This document shows, in pieces, positions 17,718-25,940 of a DNA stretch of 64,000 bases; positions within the stretch are counted from its first letter, which is position 1, and every line of letters starts with the position of its first letter. The notes below the pieces were generated by a model that saw only the letters and a program-made list of their open reading frames with translations, ran no database searches and was not told the origin of the DNA. The stretch is from Vulcanimicrobiota bacterium. GTDB lineage: Bacteria; Vulcanimicrobiota; Vulcanimicrobiia; Eremiobacterales; Eremiobacteraceae. The stretch lies in the NCBI GenBank assembly GCA_963805945.1, contig CAWDVP010000002.1, positions 320,001-384,000 on the forward strand, in the 5' to 3' direction. The position numbers were made by a program, and so were the translations under genes.

Positions 17718-18623
17718 CTAGTCGGCCTTGAAGCGCTTCGGAACCATCACCCTGAGCGCACGCCGATCCACCGAGAATTTCGCCGGGGTCTTCTCGAGAT
17801 AATCTCCATCGATGCAGATCGGCTGGCGCTTATCGGTCTTCACGCGGATCTTGGATGCGGAGAAATATTGCGCGTCGCTGCGCTTTGTCTGGTCGCCGCG
17901 CAAGAAAGCGATGTACGTGCCCACCTTGTCTCCGACCGACAAGCCGGTCGTCGTGAAGCATGCCAGTTCGCCGTCCGTGAGGGACGCGCTCGGCAACAGC
18001 GGCTCATCGCCGTAGAACCGTCCGTTGGCGACGATGACCTGGTGCGTCTCCAGTTTGAGCTTTCTGCCCTTCCACTTGATCACGCACGCGAACGGCTCAC
18101 GGGTGAACAGGGGGCCAGCGCCGGCGATCGCATACGCCGCGGGACCGGCCCATTTCTTCAGCGCGCGCGGCGTGCGCCGCGCGATTGCGGATGGCAGACC
18201 GATGGTGGCGAAATTGGCGAAATGCGTTCCGTTGACGACGCCGAGGTCGACCTTGGCCACTTTCCCCTTGGCGATGACGTCGACCGCATCCTCGACCGAC
18301 AGCTTGATGTCGAGGCTTCGGGCGAAGCTGTTCCCCGTTCCGGCCGGGATCACGCCGAGCACCGTGCGCGTGTGCGCGAGCTCGCCGATGATCGAGGTCA
18401 GCATGCCGTCGCCGCCGCATGCGACGATCAGCCGATGACCCGTCTTGACGGCGCTTTTGACCCGAGCGCGGAGCTTGTCGTGATCGGAGCTGGCGTACGA
18501 CTCGACGACCTCAAAACCGCGCTCATGGAGCAGCGTACGCGCCATCTTCATGTCGACCTTGCCGTGACGCGACGCAAGGCTGGCGATGATCACGGCTCGT
18601 CGCGCAGCGACCTTCTTGCCCAC
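17718..18623 (-). CDS. Diacylglycerol/lipid kinase (YegS/BmrU family)
   Basis: CGGDG, IPAGTGNSFAR, NGRFYG, IDGD. Confidence 0.92.
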   Translation of the reverse strand: MGKKVAARRAVIIASLASRHGKVDMKMARTLLHERGFEVVESYASSDHDKLRARVKSAVKTGHRLIVACGGDGMLTSIIGELAHTRTVLGVIPAGTGNSFARSLDIKLSVEDAVDVIAKGKVAKVDLGVVNGTHFANFATIGLPSAIARRTPRALKKWAGPAAYAIAGAGPLFTREPFACVIKWKGRKLKLETHQVIVANGRFYGDEPLLPSASLTDGELACFTTTGLSVGDKVGTYIAFLRGDQTKRSDAQYFSASKIRVKTDKRQPICIDGDYLEKTPAKFSVDRRALRVMVPKRFKAD

Positions 18624-18719
18624 ATCTATCCAGTTGGGCGCAGTATGGACCCGCCCTCTTTCCGTTCGGAAGCGGGTTTCGTGTTAGGGGACAAGACAAC
18701 CCGAATTCGGCGACGCGGA

Positions 18720-19835
18720 CTACTCGCTGTTCTGGATCACCACGTGCCAATGCGCGGGTATGACGCAGCGTCGCTGGTCGTGCCCGAACGACTCGTCGCC
18801 GCCTACGAGCATGAAAAGCACCGTATGGACGAGGGTGCCCGGCGGTGCGGGGGGCGGCGCGAGGACGAGCGCGGTGATGTCCAGAGAAGGCGTGGGCAGC
18901 GAGCTCGCGTCTCCGACATATGCAAAACCGTGCGGAAAATCGCTGAGATGCCCTAGGTGGCCGCGGAGCATGCGGCCGGTCGTGTGCACGTGGATCGCGC
19001 ACGGGCCGCCGCCGCTGACATCGACGCCGGACGGCGCCGCGACGAGAAACACCTTGTACACAGGTCTCACGACGATGTGATATCTGAGGTCGAAGAGCAC
19101 AAAGGCGCGGTACACGATGTCGCGGTGATGACCGCAGACATCGCCGGACACGCCGCCGCGTTGCTGGTCCGCGAATCCGACCGGCACGAGCCCCGCCGGG
19201 AACGTGGTCAAGAGCGGCTCCATCGGATGCGGACTCGTGCAGAAGAAGAGATCGGCGTCGGACGTCTCATCGCTGACGTAGGCGAAGGATTGGTCGTTCG
19301 CGTCGACGATGACCGGCGCCGGTCGACCGCAGGGCCCCTCGATGCACGTGATCGTATGGCCGCCCAGCGGCGTCGGTGTCGGACCCACGCCGGCACGAAT
19401 GGTGGTCACCTCGTGGAGCGGCGCATGCGTCGGCGTCGGCGCCACGCACGACACGGTGTAGCTCGTACGCGGTGTGGAATACACATCTGACTGGCCGCCT
19501 GAGATGGCGTGCACCCAGAGCTGATCCCAGCCGATCCCCGAGGCGGATTGAACGATCGTCTCCGCGGCGTTCACGTGTCCGCTCGCATCGAGCGTCACGT
19601 GGTGGACGGCGGGATCCACACCGCCGCCGCGGTTCCACTGCCAGGTGAAGCTCGCGCCGGGCGTGCCGGCGATGGAGCCTGTGAAAGACAACGTCACGGG
19701 GCATGGGCCGCTGTAGGTCGCGTGGTCGACCGAAAGCGTTGCGCTCGTCACGTTGGCGGACGCGCTGGTCGCCACGACGAGCGCACACGCGATCGCGAAG
19801 ATCCCGAGGCCAACACGTAGACGGCCGCTGACCAT
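18720..19835 (-). CDS. Hypothetical secreted protein with Cys pairs and PT linkers
   Basis: Signal peptide MVSGRLRVGLGIFAIACALVVATSASA; YSGPCPVTLSFTG beta-domain; PTPT linkers. Confidence 0.65.
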   Translation of the reverse strand: MVSGRLRVGLGIFAIACALVVATSASANVTSATLSVDHATYSGPCPVTLSFTGSIAGTPGASFTWQWNRGGGVDPAVHHVTLDASGHVNAAETIVQSASGIGWDQLWVHAISGGQSDVYSTPRTSYTVSCVAPTPTHAPLHEVTTIRAGVGPTPTPLGGHTITCIEGPCGRPAPVIVDANDQSFAYVSDETSDADLFFCTSPHPMEPLLTTFPAGLVPVGFADQQRGGVSGDVCGHHRDIVYRAFVLFDLRYHIVVRPVYKVFLVAAPSGVDVSGGGPCAIHVHTTGRMLRGHLGHLSDFPHGFAYVGDASSLPTPSLDITALVLAPPPAPPGTLVHTVLFMLVGGDESFGHDQRRCVIPAHWHVVIQNSE

Positions 19836-19948
19836 GTAAGCGCCCCCTTGAGAGCCGTGTTTCGGCAGCTGTTCCATGAACGGCGCAGGCGGTGCGTACG
19901 TTCCAGGGCCGCGCAACCGCTCACCCTTGAGCGCGGGACGTCCGCCCC

Positions 19949-20010
19949 TTGCAATCGGAGATACTTTGTGGTACAAAGTGTAACAGGCAAGTGACTTTGT
20001 GAGGCAAAGT
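19949..20010 (+). promoter_or_regulatory. Promoter with two palindromic operators upstream of the creD-like gene
   Basis: TTGCAA-17-TACAAA; ACTTTG-N5-CAAAGT at 19963-19979 and 19994-20010. Confidence 0.7.
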
Positions 20011-20018
20011 AGCGATCT

Positions 20019-21206
20019 ATGGCCATGCGCATCCTCGCGCTCGTCGTCATCTTCATCGCCGCCACGTTCGCGTGGGTAGTGCTCAGCGCGACGCTCGTCG
20101 TCCGCACCGAGCAAGCCGACACGGAGCAGCGGGCCGCGCTCGGTTCGCTGTGGGGACCGCCGCAGACCCAGTGCGTCCCCGAGTTCACCTATCCGGTCCG
20201 GAAGGGCTTCCAAAGCCTGCCGCTGTCGGCCAGCCGTATCGTTGTCGACCTCGCGCTCGATCAGCGGCGCAAGGGCTTGCGCTGGTACAACACCTATCGC
20301 GTGAGTTTCTCCGGCGCATATCGAGTGGTCAACACGAGCGCAGTGGCGCAGTTGCGGTTCGCGCTGCCGCTGCCGGCGGACAACGGCGTGTACGACGACG
20401 TGCGCGTGCTCGTCGACGGACGTCCGATCGCCAACACGACCGAAGGCGGAGTCGTGCGAGCGGCGTTTCCGGTGCCGCCGGGTCGCTCTGCAGAGGTCAG
20501 CGTCGCCTACCGATCGCGCGGCATCGGCACGTGGTCGTATCGGTTCGGCATCGGCAGCAACACGATCCGCAATTTTGATCTCGTGATGCACACCGACTTC
20601 AAGGCGATCGATTTCCCCGCGGGTACGCTCGCGCCGACGAATGAACGCCAGACGGCGGACGGATGGGAGCTGCGCTGGCAGTATCGCGATCTGGTCGCCG
20701 GCGTCGGCATCGGCATGCTGTTCCCCGAACGCCTGCAGCCCGGTCAGCTGGCGCAACGCATCACGATGTGGGCGCCGCTCTCGCTGCTCTTCTACTTCTT
20801 CGTGATGTTCATCATCACCACGCTGCGGCGCATCGAACTCCACCCGATGAACTACTTCTTCTTGGCAGCGGCGTTCTTCTCGTTCCATCTGCTGTTCGCG
20901 TACACGGTCGATCGCATCTCGATATTGGCCGCGTTCCTCATCTGCTCGGTCGTGTCGATGTTCCTGACGATCAGCTACCTGCGGCTCGTCGTGGGCTTGC
21001 GCTTCGCCGCGGTGGAAGCCGGCCTCGCGCAGTTCTTCTATCTGATTCTGTTCTCGTTGGCGCTGTTCAACGAGGGCTACAGCGGTTTGGCGATCACTAT
21101 CGGCTCCATCGTGACGCTGTTCGTCACCATGCAGTTGACCGCGCGCGTGGATTGGGGCGAGCGCTTCGCCGGCCCGCTCACGCCGGCGGCGGCGGCCCCG
21201 CACTGA
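20019..21206 (+). CDS. Inner membrane CreD-family protein
   Basis: N-terminal TM, WGPPQ, RRKGLRWYNTY, LHPMNY, C-terminal TM bundle ending MQLTARVDW. Confidence 0.8.
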   Translation: MAMRILALVVIFIAATFAWVVLSATLVVRTEQADTEQRAALGSLWGPPQTQCVPEFTYPVRKGFQSLPLSASRIVVDLALDQRRKGLRWYNTYRVSFSGAYRVVNTSAVAQLRFALPLPADNGVYDDVRVLVDGRPIANTTEGGVVRAAFPVPPGRSAEVSVAYRSRGIGTWSYRFGIGSNTIRNFDLVMHTDFKAIDFPAGTLAPTNERQTADGWELRWQYRDLVAGVGIGMLFPERLQPGQLAQRITMWAPLSLLFYFFVMFIITTLRRIELHPMNYFFLAAAFFSFHLLFAYTVDRISILAAFLICSVVSMFLTISYLRLVVGLRFAAVEAGLAQFFYLILFSLALFNEGYSGLAITIGSIVTLFVTMQLTARVDWGERFAGPLTPAAAAPH

Positions 21207-21307
21207 CTCCGGCGCGGTCGGCGTCCGACCATCGGTCGTGCAGCCCCCGCCGGCCTGCAGGTCGGTCTTGGCGCCTTCACCAATGGCGCGGGCAAGGAGG
21301 GCAGCAT

Positions 21308-21607
21308 ATGCACACCATCGCCGCCATCATGTGGTTCTTCGATGACAGCAGCAACGCGATGAACGCCGCCGCAGTGGGCGGGTTCATGGCAGCGTACGGC
21401 CTCTTCGTCCTCATCCTCGTCGCCTTCGAGATCTTCCTCATGTGGAAGATCGCGACGAAGGCGGGCTATCCAGGCGCCTATAGCCTGTTGATGCTGATAC
21501 CGCTCGTCAACATCATCATCTTCATCATGTTCGCCTTCACCGAATGGCCGATCGAGCGCGACCTCAAGGCGCTGCGCGGCACCCGGGGCACAACGCTCAC
21601 ATCCTGA
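21308..21607 (+). CDS. Small membrane protein (DUF805-like)
   Basis: SD AGGAGG; WKIATKAGYPGAYSLLMLIPLVNII..FAFTEWP. Confidence 0.75.
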   Translation: MHTIAAIMWFFDDSSNAMNAAAVGGFMAAYGLFVLILVAFEIFLMWKIATKAGYPGAYSLLMLIPLVNIIIFIMFAFTEWPIERDLKALRGTRGTTLTS

Positions 21608-21645
21608 TCGCGGCAGACGGCCGCTCGAAGTCCACACACAGCACA

Positions 21646-21672
21646 CGAGCCCGCGCATATGCGCGGGCTCGT
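21646..21672. terminator. Hairpin between convergent genes
   Basis: Palindrome CGAGCCCGCGCATATGCGCGGGCTCG followed by TCCTCTTCT. Confidence 0.7.
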
Positions 21673-21700
21673 CCTCTTCTATAGTGCAAGCGCGGCGGAG

Positions 21701-22282
21701 CTACGTGTGCGCGTGCGCCTGGTGGCGCTTGCGGTAGTTGCGCGCCTTGGTCCGATTGCCGCACGTGCTCATGGTGCACCACTGGCCCGAGCGGTTCTTC
21801 GTCTCGTCGAAAAACGCCCACGAGCAGCGATCAGCCGGACATGCTTTGAGCCGGCTCCACGTGCCGCTAGCCATCGCTGCGAAGGCGATCGCCAGGAGCG
21901 TACCGAGCGCGCCATCGACGCCTGGTGCGAGCGGTTCAAGACGCGCGCCGCCATCCGCTTCGAAGCGGGCGGCCAGCTGCGCGCTGCGCGCCGCTCGATT
22001 GAGGGTTTCACGCGCGTTAGGATCCGCAGCAGCGCCGTTGTTGGCGAGGGTGAGATCGCGCAACGCCTCGCGCACGGCGGTCGCCTGCCGCACGTCTGAG
22101 TCCGTCGCCGCCGCGCCACGCTTGAGCAGCCCCGCATCCACAAGCCAGCGCGTCAAGCCGGCCGGGGTCGCGAGGTCGTCGCGGCCGCTCTCCAACTCCG
22201 CGGTATTGATGAAGGCCTGCGGCAGCAGCAGGTCGCCCGGGGCGGGCTTGCTGCCGGCATACTTGAGAAGAAAGTCTTTCAT
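21701..22282 (-). CDS. CGNR zinc-finger/ABATE domain protein, putative transcriptional regulator
   Basis: AFINT, RLKACPADRCSWAFFDETKNRSGQWCTMSTCGNRTK. Confidence 0.92.
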   Translation of the reverse strand: MKDFLLKYAGSKPAPGDLLLPQAFINTAELESGRDDLATPAGLTRWLVDAGLLKRGAAATDSDVRQATAVREALRDLTLANNGAAADPNARETLNRAARSAQLAARFEADGGARLEPLAPGVDGALGTLLAIAFAAMASGTWSRLKACPADRCSWAFFDETKNRSGQWCTMSTCGNRTKARNYRKRHQAHAHT

Positions 22283-22290
22283 TGCGGCCC

Positions 22291-22320
22291 ATTATACGCA
22301 CTTCGGAGGTTACTTTTCAA
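22291..22320 (-). promoter_or_regulatory. Sigma70 promoter of the CGNR gene, probably leaderless
   Basis: TTGAAA-18-TATAAT; ATG lies 8 nt after the -10; no SD. Confidence 0.7.
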
Positions 22321-22349
22321 GCCTGCTATCCCGTAAAGTGGTACATAGT

Positions 22350-22408
22350 GTAACTATTTAACTGCATTGACAGGTTACGATAACTAGCGTAGAATGATGG
22401 CAGGTTAC
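22350..22408 (+). promoter_or_regulatory. Sigma70 promoter overlapped by two tandem TAAC-N19-GTTA operators
   Basis: TTGACA (22367-72)-17-TAGAAT (22390-95); operators GTAACTA...CAGGTTAC 22350-22378 and ATAACTA...CAGGTTAC 22380-22408. Confidence 0.8.
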
Positions 22409-22431
22409 CTCCCACACGAAAGGACACGACC

Positions 22432-22566
22432 ATGGTACATCAAGCTTCGCGCCTCTTCGGGCTCACTCTGGACGAGTACGAGCTGCCGGGCTCGCGCACG
22501 GATCTCGTCAGCATCCCGCGCGGCGCCTCGAGCTCGATCTTCGGCGGCTGGGGAGTCCGGATCTAA
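22432..22566 (+). CDS. Unannotated 44-aa small protein, SIFxGWG family copy A
   Basis: SD GAAAGGA; MVHQASRLFGLTLDEYELPGSRTDLVSIPRGASSSIFGGWGVRI*; paralog at 23777-23920. Confidence 0.8.
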   Translation: MVHQASRLFGLTLDEYELPGSRTDLVSIPRGASSSIFGGWGVRI

Positions 22567-22639
22567 CGGTGGCGCCGTTAAGAGCCGTTAACCTCAGCCG
22601 ACAAGGTCACCGCACGATAACTCCGCCAACAGCGCAGCC

Positions 22640-23563
22640 ATGAACAACAGGATGTTCGTGGCTGCCTTGTCTGTCATCGCGCTCGCGTTGTCAGGTCAGT
22701 CGGCGGCGTCGCCGACCGGCGACCCGGTGATCGCCGCCGCCGGCGACATCGCCTGTGACCCCCGCCCGAGCGCCGCGCCTGAAGCCGATGAGGGCGGCGG
22801 CAGCGTCTGTCACCAGGCGGCGACCGCAAAACTCATCGAGCTCATGCACCCGGCCGCCGTTCTGGCGCTCGGCGACGAACAGTATCCCAACGGCGCGCTC
22901 GATTCGTTCACGGCGGGCTATGCGCCGTCGTGGGGCGCCTTCAAAGCGATCACGCATCCGGCGCCGGGCAACCACGAGTATCACACCCCGGGCGCGGCCG
23001 GATATTTCACGTACTTCGGCGCAGCGGCCGGCCCGCCGGACAAGGGCTACTACAGTTTCGATGTCGGCGGCTGGCACCTCATCGCCCTCAACGCCAACTG
23101 CCAGCCCGCCGGCGGCTGTGGAGCGGATTCGCCGGAGGTGCGCTGGCTCGCGCAGGATCTCGCGGCGCACAAGGGCGCCTGTACGCTCGCCTACTGGCAT
23201 CAGCCGCGCTGGTCATCCGGACCGCACCACAGCGATCCCACGTATGACGCGTTCTGGCAGACGTTGTACGCCGCGCATGCGGACGTCGTGCTCGGCGGAC
23301 ACGACCATGACTACGAACGCTTTTCGCCACAGGCGCCCGACGGCGCGTCGGATCCGGGCAAGGGCATCACAGAATTCGTCGTCGGCACGGGCGGGCGCAG
23401 CCACTATCAGGTCAAGAGCGTCGCACCCAACAGCGAGGCGCGCAGCAACGATACTTTCGGCGTGCTCGAACTCACTTTGCATGCGCACGGCTTCGATTGG
23501 CGATTCGTGCCTGAGCAGGGCAGCACGTTCACCGATTCAGGCAGCCGCGCGTGCCATGCCTAG
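22640..23563 (+). CDS. Secreted calcineurin-like metallophosphoesterase
   Basis: Signal peptide; AAGDIA, LGDEQY, PGNHEY, YWHQP, GHDHDYER, VGTGG. Confidence 0.92.
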   Translation: MNNRMFVAALSVIALALSGQSAASPTGDPVIAAAGDIACDPRPSAAPEADEGGGSVCHQAATAKLIELMHPAAVLALGDEQYPNGALDSFTAGYAPSWGAFKAITHPAPGNHEYHTPGAAGYFTYFGAAAGPPDKGYYSFDVGGWHLIALNANCQPAGGCGADSPEVRWLAQDLAAHKGACTLAYWHQPRWSSGPHHSDPTYDAFWQTLYAAHADVVLGGHDHDYERFSPQAPDGASDPGKGITEFVVGTGGRSHYQVKSVAPNSEARSNDTFGVLELTLHAHGFDWRFVPEQGSTFTDSGSRACHA

Positions 23564-23776
23564 GTAGCTGAACCTCCAGCCCCGTTTCTGTCCCGCGACC
23601 CCCTCGTGAGCCGCTGGGAACAGGCACGCGGGCCGATTCTCCGTGCCGGGCGGCGCTAACTCCCCGTAGCTGTACCGATTCGACCCCACCCCCTGTGGCC
23701 GTACCATGGACTCAAGCGAAGGCCGGGCGAAAACGCCAGGCCTCGCACACGCGAACTGAAAGGACGTGACCACGCC

Positions 23777-23920
23777 ATGGACGCTAAGAAGAAGAACGAC
23801 TACATGATCGACGACGAGGAAGATCAAGAGAACGGCCTGCTCGACACGCACTCCACGCTGGTGCGGCTGCGCAGGGGCCCCGACACCTCGATCTTCAGAG
23901 GCTGGGGACCGAAGCTCTAA
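23777..23920 (+). CDS. Unannotated 47-aa small protein, SIFxGWG family copy B
   Basis: SD GAAAGGA; MDAKKKNDYMIDDEEDQENGLLDTHSTLVRLRRGPDTSIFRGWGPKL*; followed by a terminator. Confidence 0.8.
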   Translation: MDAKKKNDYMIDDEEDQENGLLDTHSTLVRLRRGPDTSIFRGWGPKL

Positions 23921-23931
23921 TGCGGCCCCGC

Positions 23932-23969
23932 AAGAAGAGGGCGCCTGGCTAAGGCGCCCTTTCTTTCTT
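23932..23969. terminator. Bidirectional Rho-independent terminator
   Basis: AAGAAG-AGGGCGCCT-GGCTA-AGGCGCCCT-TTCTTTCTT between convergent ORFs. Confidence 0.8.
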
Positions 23970-23983
23970 GGAGCGGTCGAATC

Positions 23984-24253
23984 TTACGAGCTGGTTCTGC
24001 TCCCGGTGAGCATGCGCACGATGAGCAGCAAGACCACCGCGCCGATAAAGGCGACGACGATGCTGCCGAGGTTGATCCCGGTGACGCCCGCATGACCGAA
24101 CCAATTGAAGATCCAACCGCCGAGGATGCCGCCGATCACGCCGACGATGAGATCGCCCATGAGGCCGCCGGGGCCCTCGCCCTTGACCACCATTTTGCCG
24201 AGCCAACCGCCGATGATGCCGACGACCGCCCATATGAGGAGGTTTTCTAGCAC
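23984..24253 (-). CDS. GlsB/YeaQ/YmgE family stress-response membrane protein
   Basis: WAVVGIIGGWLGK..G.G.GGL.GDLIVGVIGG..GGW; SD AAAGGAG; paralog at 56424. Confidence 0.9.
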   Translation of the reverse strand: MLENLLIWAVVGIIGGWLGKMVVKGEGPGGLMGDLIVGVIGGILGGWIFNWFGHAGVTGINLGSIVVAFIGAVVLLLIVRMLTGSRTSS

Positions 24254-24335
24254 TTCGATCTCCTTTCAGGATAGCGAAGCATATGTACCCTCACTTGCCC
24301 TATGCCGCGGGCGTGCTCCTGGTGCGCCCGAGACA

Positions 24336-24372
24336 ATAAAGAAGGGGCGTCGCACGGATGCGGCACCCCTCA
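24336..24372 (-). terminator. Terminator downstream of the Lys-rich micro-ORF
   Basis: Minus strand GAGGGGTGCCGCA-TCCG-TGCGACGCCCCTT-CTTTATT. Confidence 0.75.
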
Positions 24373-24400
24373 AAAGCGGAACAACGCTTACGTTATAGCG

Positions 24401-24451
24401 TTAGTGCTTTTTCTTCTTGGTCGCTTTCTTCTTGGCTTTCTTCTTGGCCAT
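24401..24451 (-). CDS. 16-aa lysine-rich micro-protein MAKKKAKKKATKKKKH
   Basis: Strong SD GGAGGTGA upstream of ATG 24451; TAA stop; downstream terminator. Confidence 0.7.
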   Translation of the reverse strand: MAKKKAKKKATKKKKH

Positions 24452-24689
24452 GGTGTGCAGGTCACCTCCATTTCGATTTTCCGGCGCTCGTGGGGCGTTG
24501 CTGTACGCCGCTTGTCTGATTCGGTTTTTCCATCCGCCGGTGCGGAGCCGTGCGGTGTGTACGCGATGCCGAAGAATACGGGGTCATCCACTGGCCCACA
24601 CGCCACACTTGTGTGTGCGCGTGACGTTCCCCTTTCGCCGTCGCGCGTCGGGCAGGAACCTCGCGCGGACGCAAACCATACTCTTCTCT

Positions 24690-25940
24690 ATGCGACTTTC
24701 GCGGCGCGTCGTCGTGACCGGACTCGGTGCGGTCACGCCGCTCGGCAACTCGGTCCCCGAATTCTGGTCGAACGTGGTCGCCGGCAAGAGCGCGGTGGGC
24801 CCGATCACGCTGTTCGACGCCGCGCCGATGCCGACGCGCTTCGCCGCCGAGGTCAAGGGCTTCGACCCGGCCGCGCTCATCGGCAAGAAAGACGCGCGCA
24901 AGATGGACCGCTTCGCGCAGTTCGCCTTCGTCGCCGCCCAGCAGGCGATCGCCGACTCCGGCCTGCAGATCAACGACGACAACCGCGACGATATCGGGGT
25001 CATCATGGGCTCGGGCATCGGCGGCCTTGCGACGATCGAGGCGCAGCACACCGTCATGATCGAGCATGGTCCCGGCAAGTTGTCGCCGTTCCTCATCCCG
25101 ATGCTCATCGGCAACATCGCGCCCGGCCTCATCTCCATCAGCCTCAAGGTGCGCGGGCCGACGCAGACGGCCGTCTCCGCCTGCGCGTCCTCGAACAACG
25201 CGATCGGTGACGCCTACCGTTCGGTGCAGCTCGGCGAGACCCAGGCGATGCTGTGCGGCGGCTCCGAGGCGCCGGTCACGCCGCTCGCAGTGGCGGGCTT
25301 TTGCGCCATGCGGGCGCTCTCGACGCGCAACGACGATCCGGCCACCGCCAGCCGTCCCTTCGACGCCGACCGCGACGGCTTCGTGGTGGGCGAGGGCGGC
25401 GGCGTCATGGTGATCGAGGAGCTCGAGCACGCGCTGCGCCGCGGCGCGCACATCTATGCGGAGATCGCCGGCTACGGCAAGTCGTCCGACGCGCACCACG
25501 TGGTCCAGCCGGATCCGGACGCGCGTGGGGTGACGCTTGCGATGCGGCGCGCGCTCCACGACGCCGAGATCGAGCCCGCGGACGTCTCCCACATCAACGC
25601 GCACGCGACGGGCACCGGCCTCGGCGATGCGGCCGAAGCGCAAGCCATCCACGGCGTGTTCGGCGAGCGCGCCAAAGCGATCCCGGTGAGCGCCAATAAA
25701 TCCATGTTCGGCCACGCGCTCGGCGCCGCGGGCGCGCTCGAGGGCATCTGCGCCATCCTCGCGATCCGCGACGGCATCATCCCGCCGACGATCAACTACC
25801 ACCACGTCGACCGCACCTGCGACCTCGACTGCGTGCCCGACGTCGCGCGCAAAGCCGACGTCGACGTCGTGCTCTCGAATTCGTTCGGTTTCGGCGGCCA
25901 CAACGCCGTGCTCGTCTTCCGCAAGTTCTCTCAAAACTGA
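24690..25940 (+). CDS. fabF: Beta-ketoacyl-ACP synthase II
   Basis: RRVVVTGLG, SACASS, INAHATGT, KSMFGHALGAAG, SNSFGFGGHN. Confidence 0.96.
   Translation: MRLSRRVVVTGLGAVTPLGNSVPEFWSNVVAGKSAVGPITLFDAAPMPTRFAAEVKGFDPAALIGKKDARKMDRFAQFAFVAAQQAIADSGLQINDDNRDDIGVIMGSGIGGLATIEAQHTVMIEHGPGKLSPFLIPMLIGNIAPGLISISLKVRGPTQTAVSACASSNNAIGDAYRSVQLGETQAMLCGGSEAPVTPLAVAGFCAMRALSTRNDDPATASRPFDADRDGFVVGEGGGVMVIEELEHALRRGAHIYAEIAGYGKSSDAHHVVQPDPDARGVTLAMRRALHDAEIEPADVSHINAHATGTGLGDAAEAQAIHGVFGERAKAIPVSANKSMFGHALGAAGALEGICAILAIRDGIIPPTINYHHVDRTCDLDCVPDVARKADVDVVLSNSFGFGGHNAVLVFRKFSQN

Noticed and set aside
22394..22591. 65-aa ORF from the ORF track
   Set aside because: Its start lies at the -10 element with no SD; the overlapping 44-aa frame has an SD and a paralog
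24388..24606. 72-aa Arg-rich ORF from the ORF track
   Set aside because: Wrong frame relative to the strong SD, which points to ATG 24451
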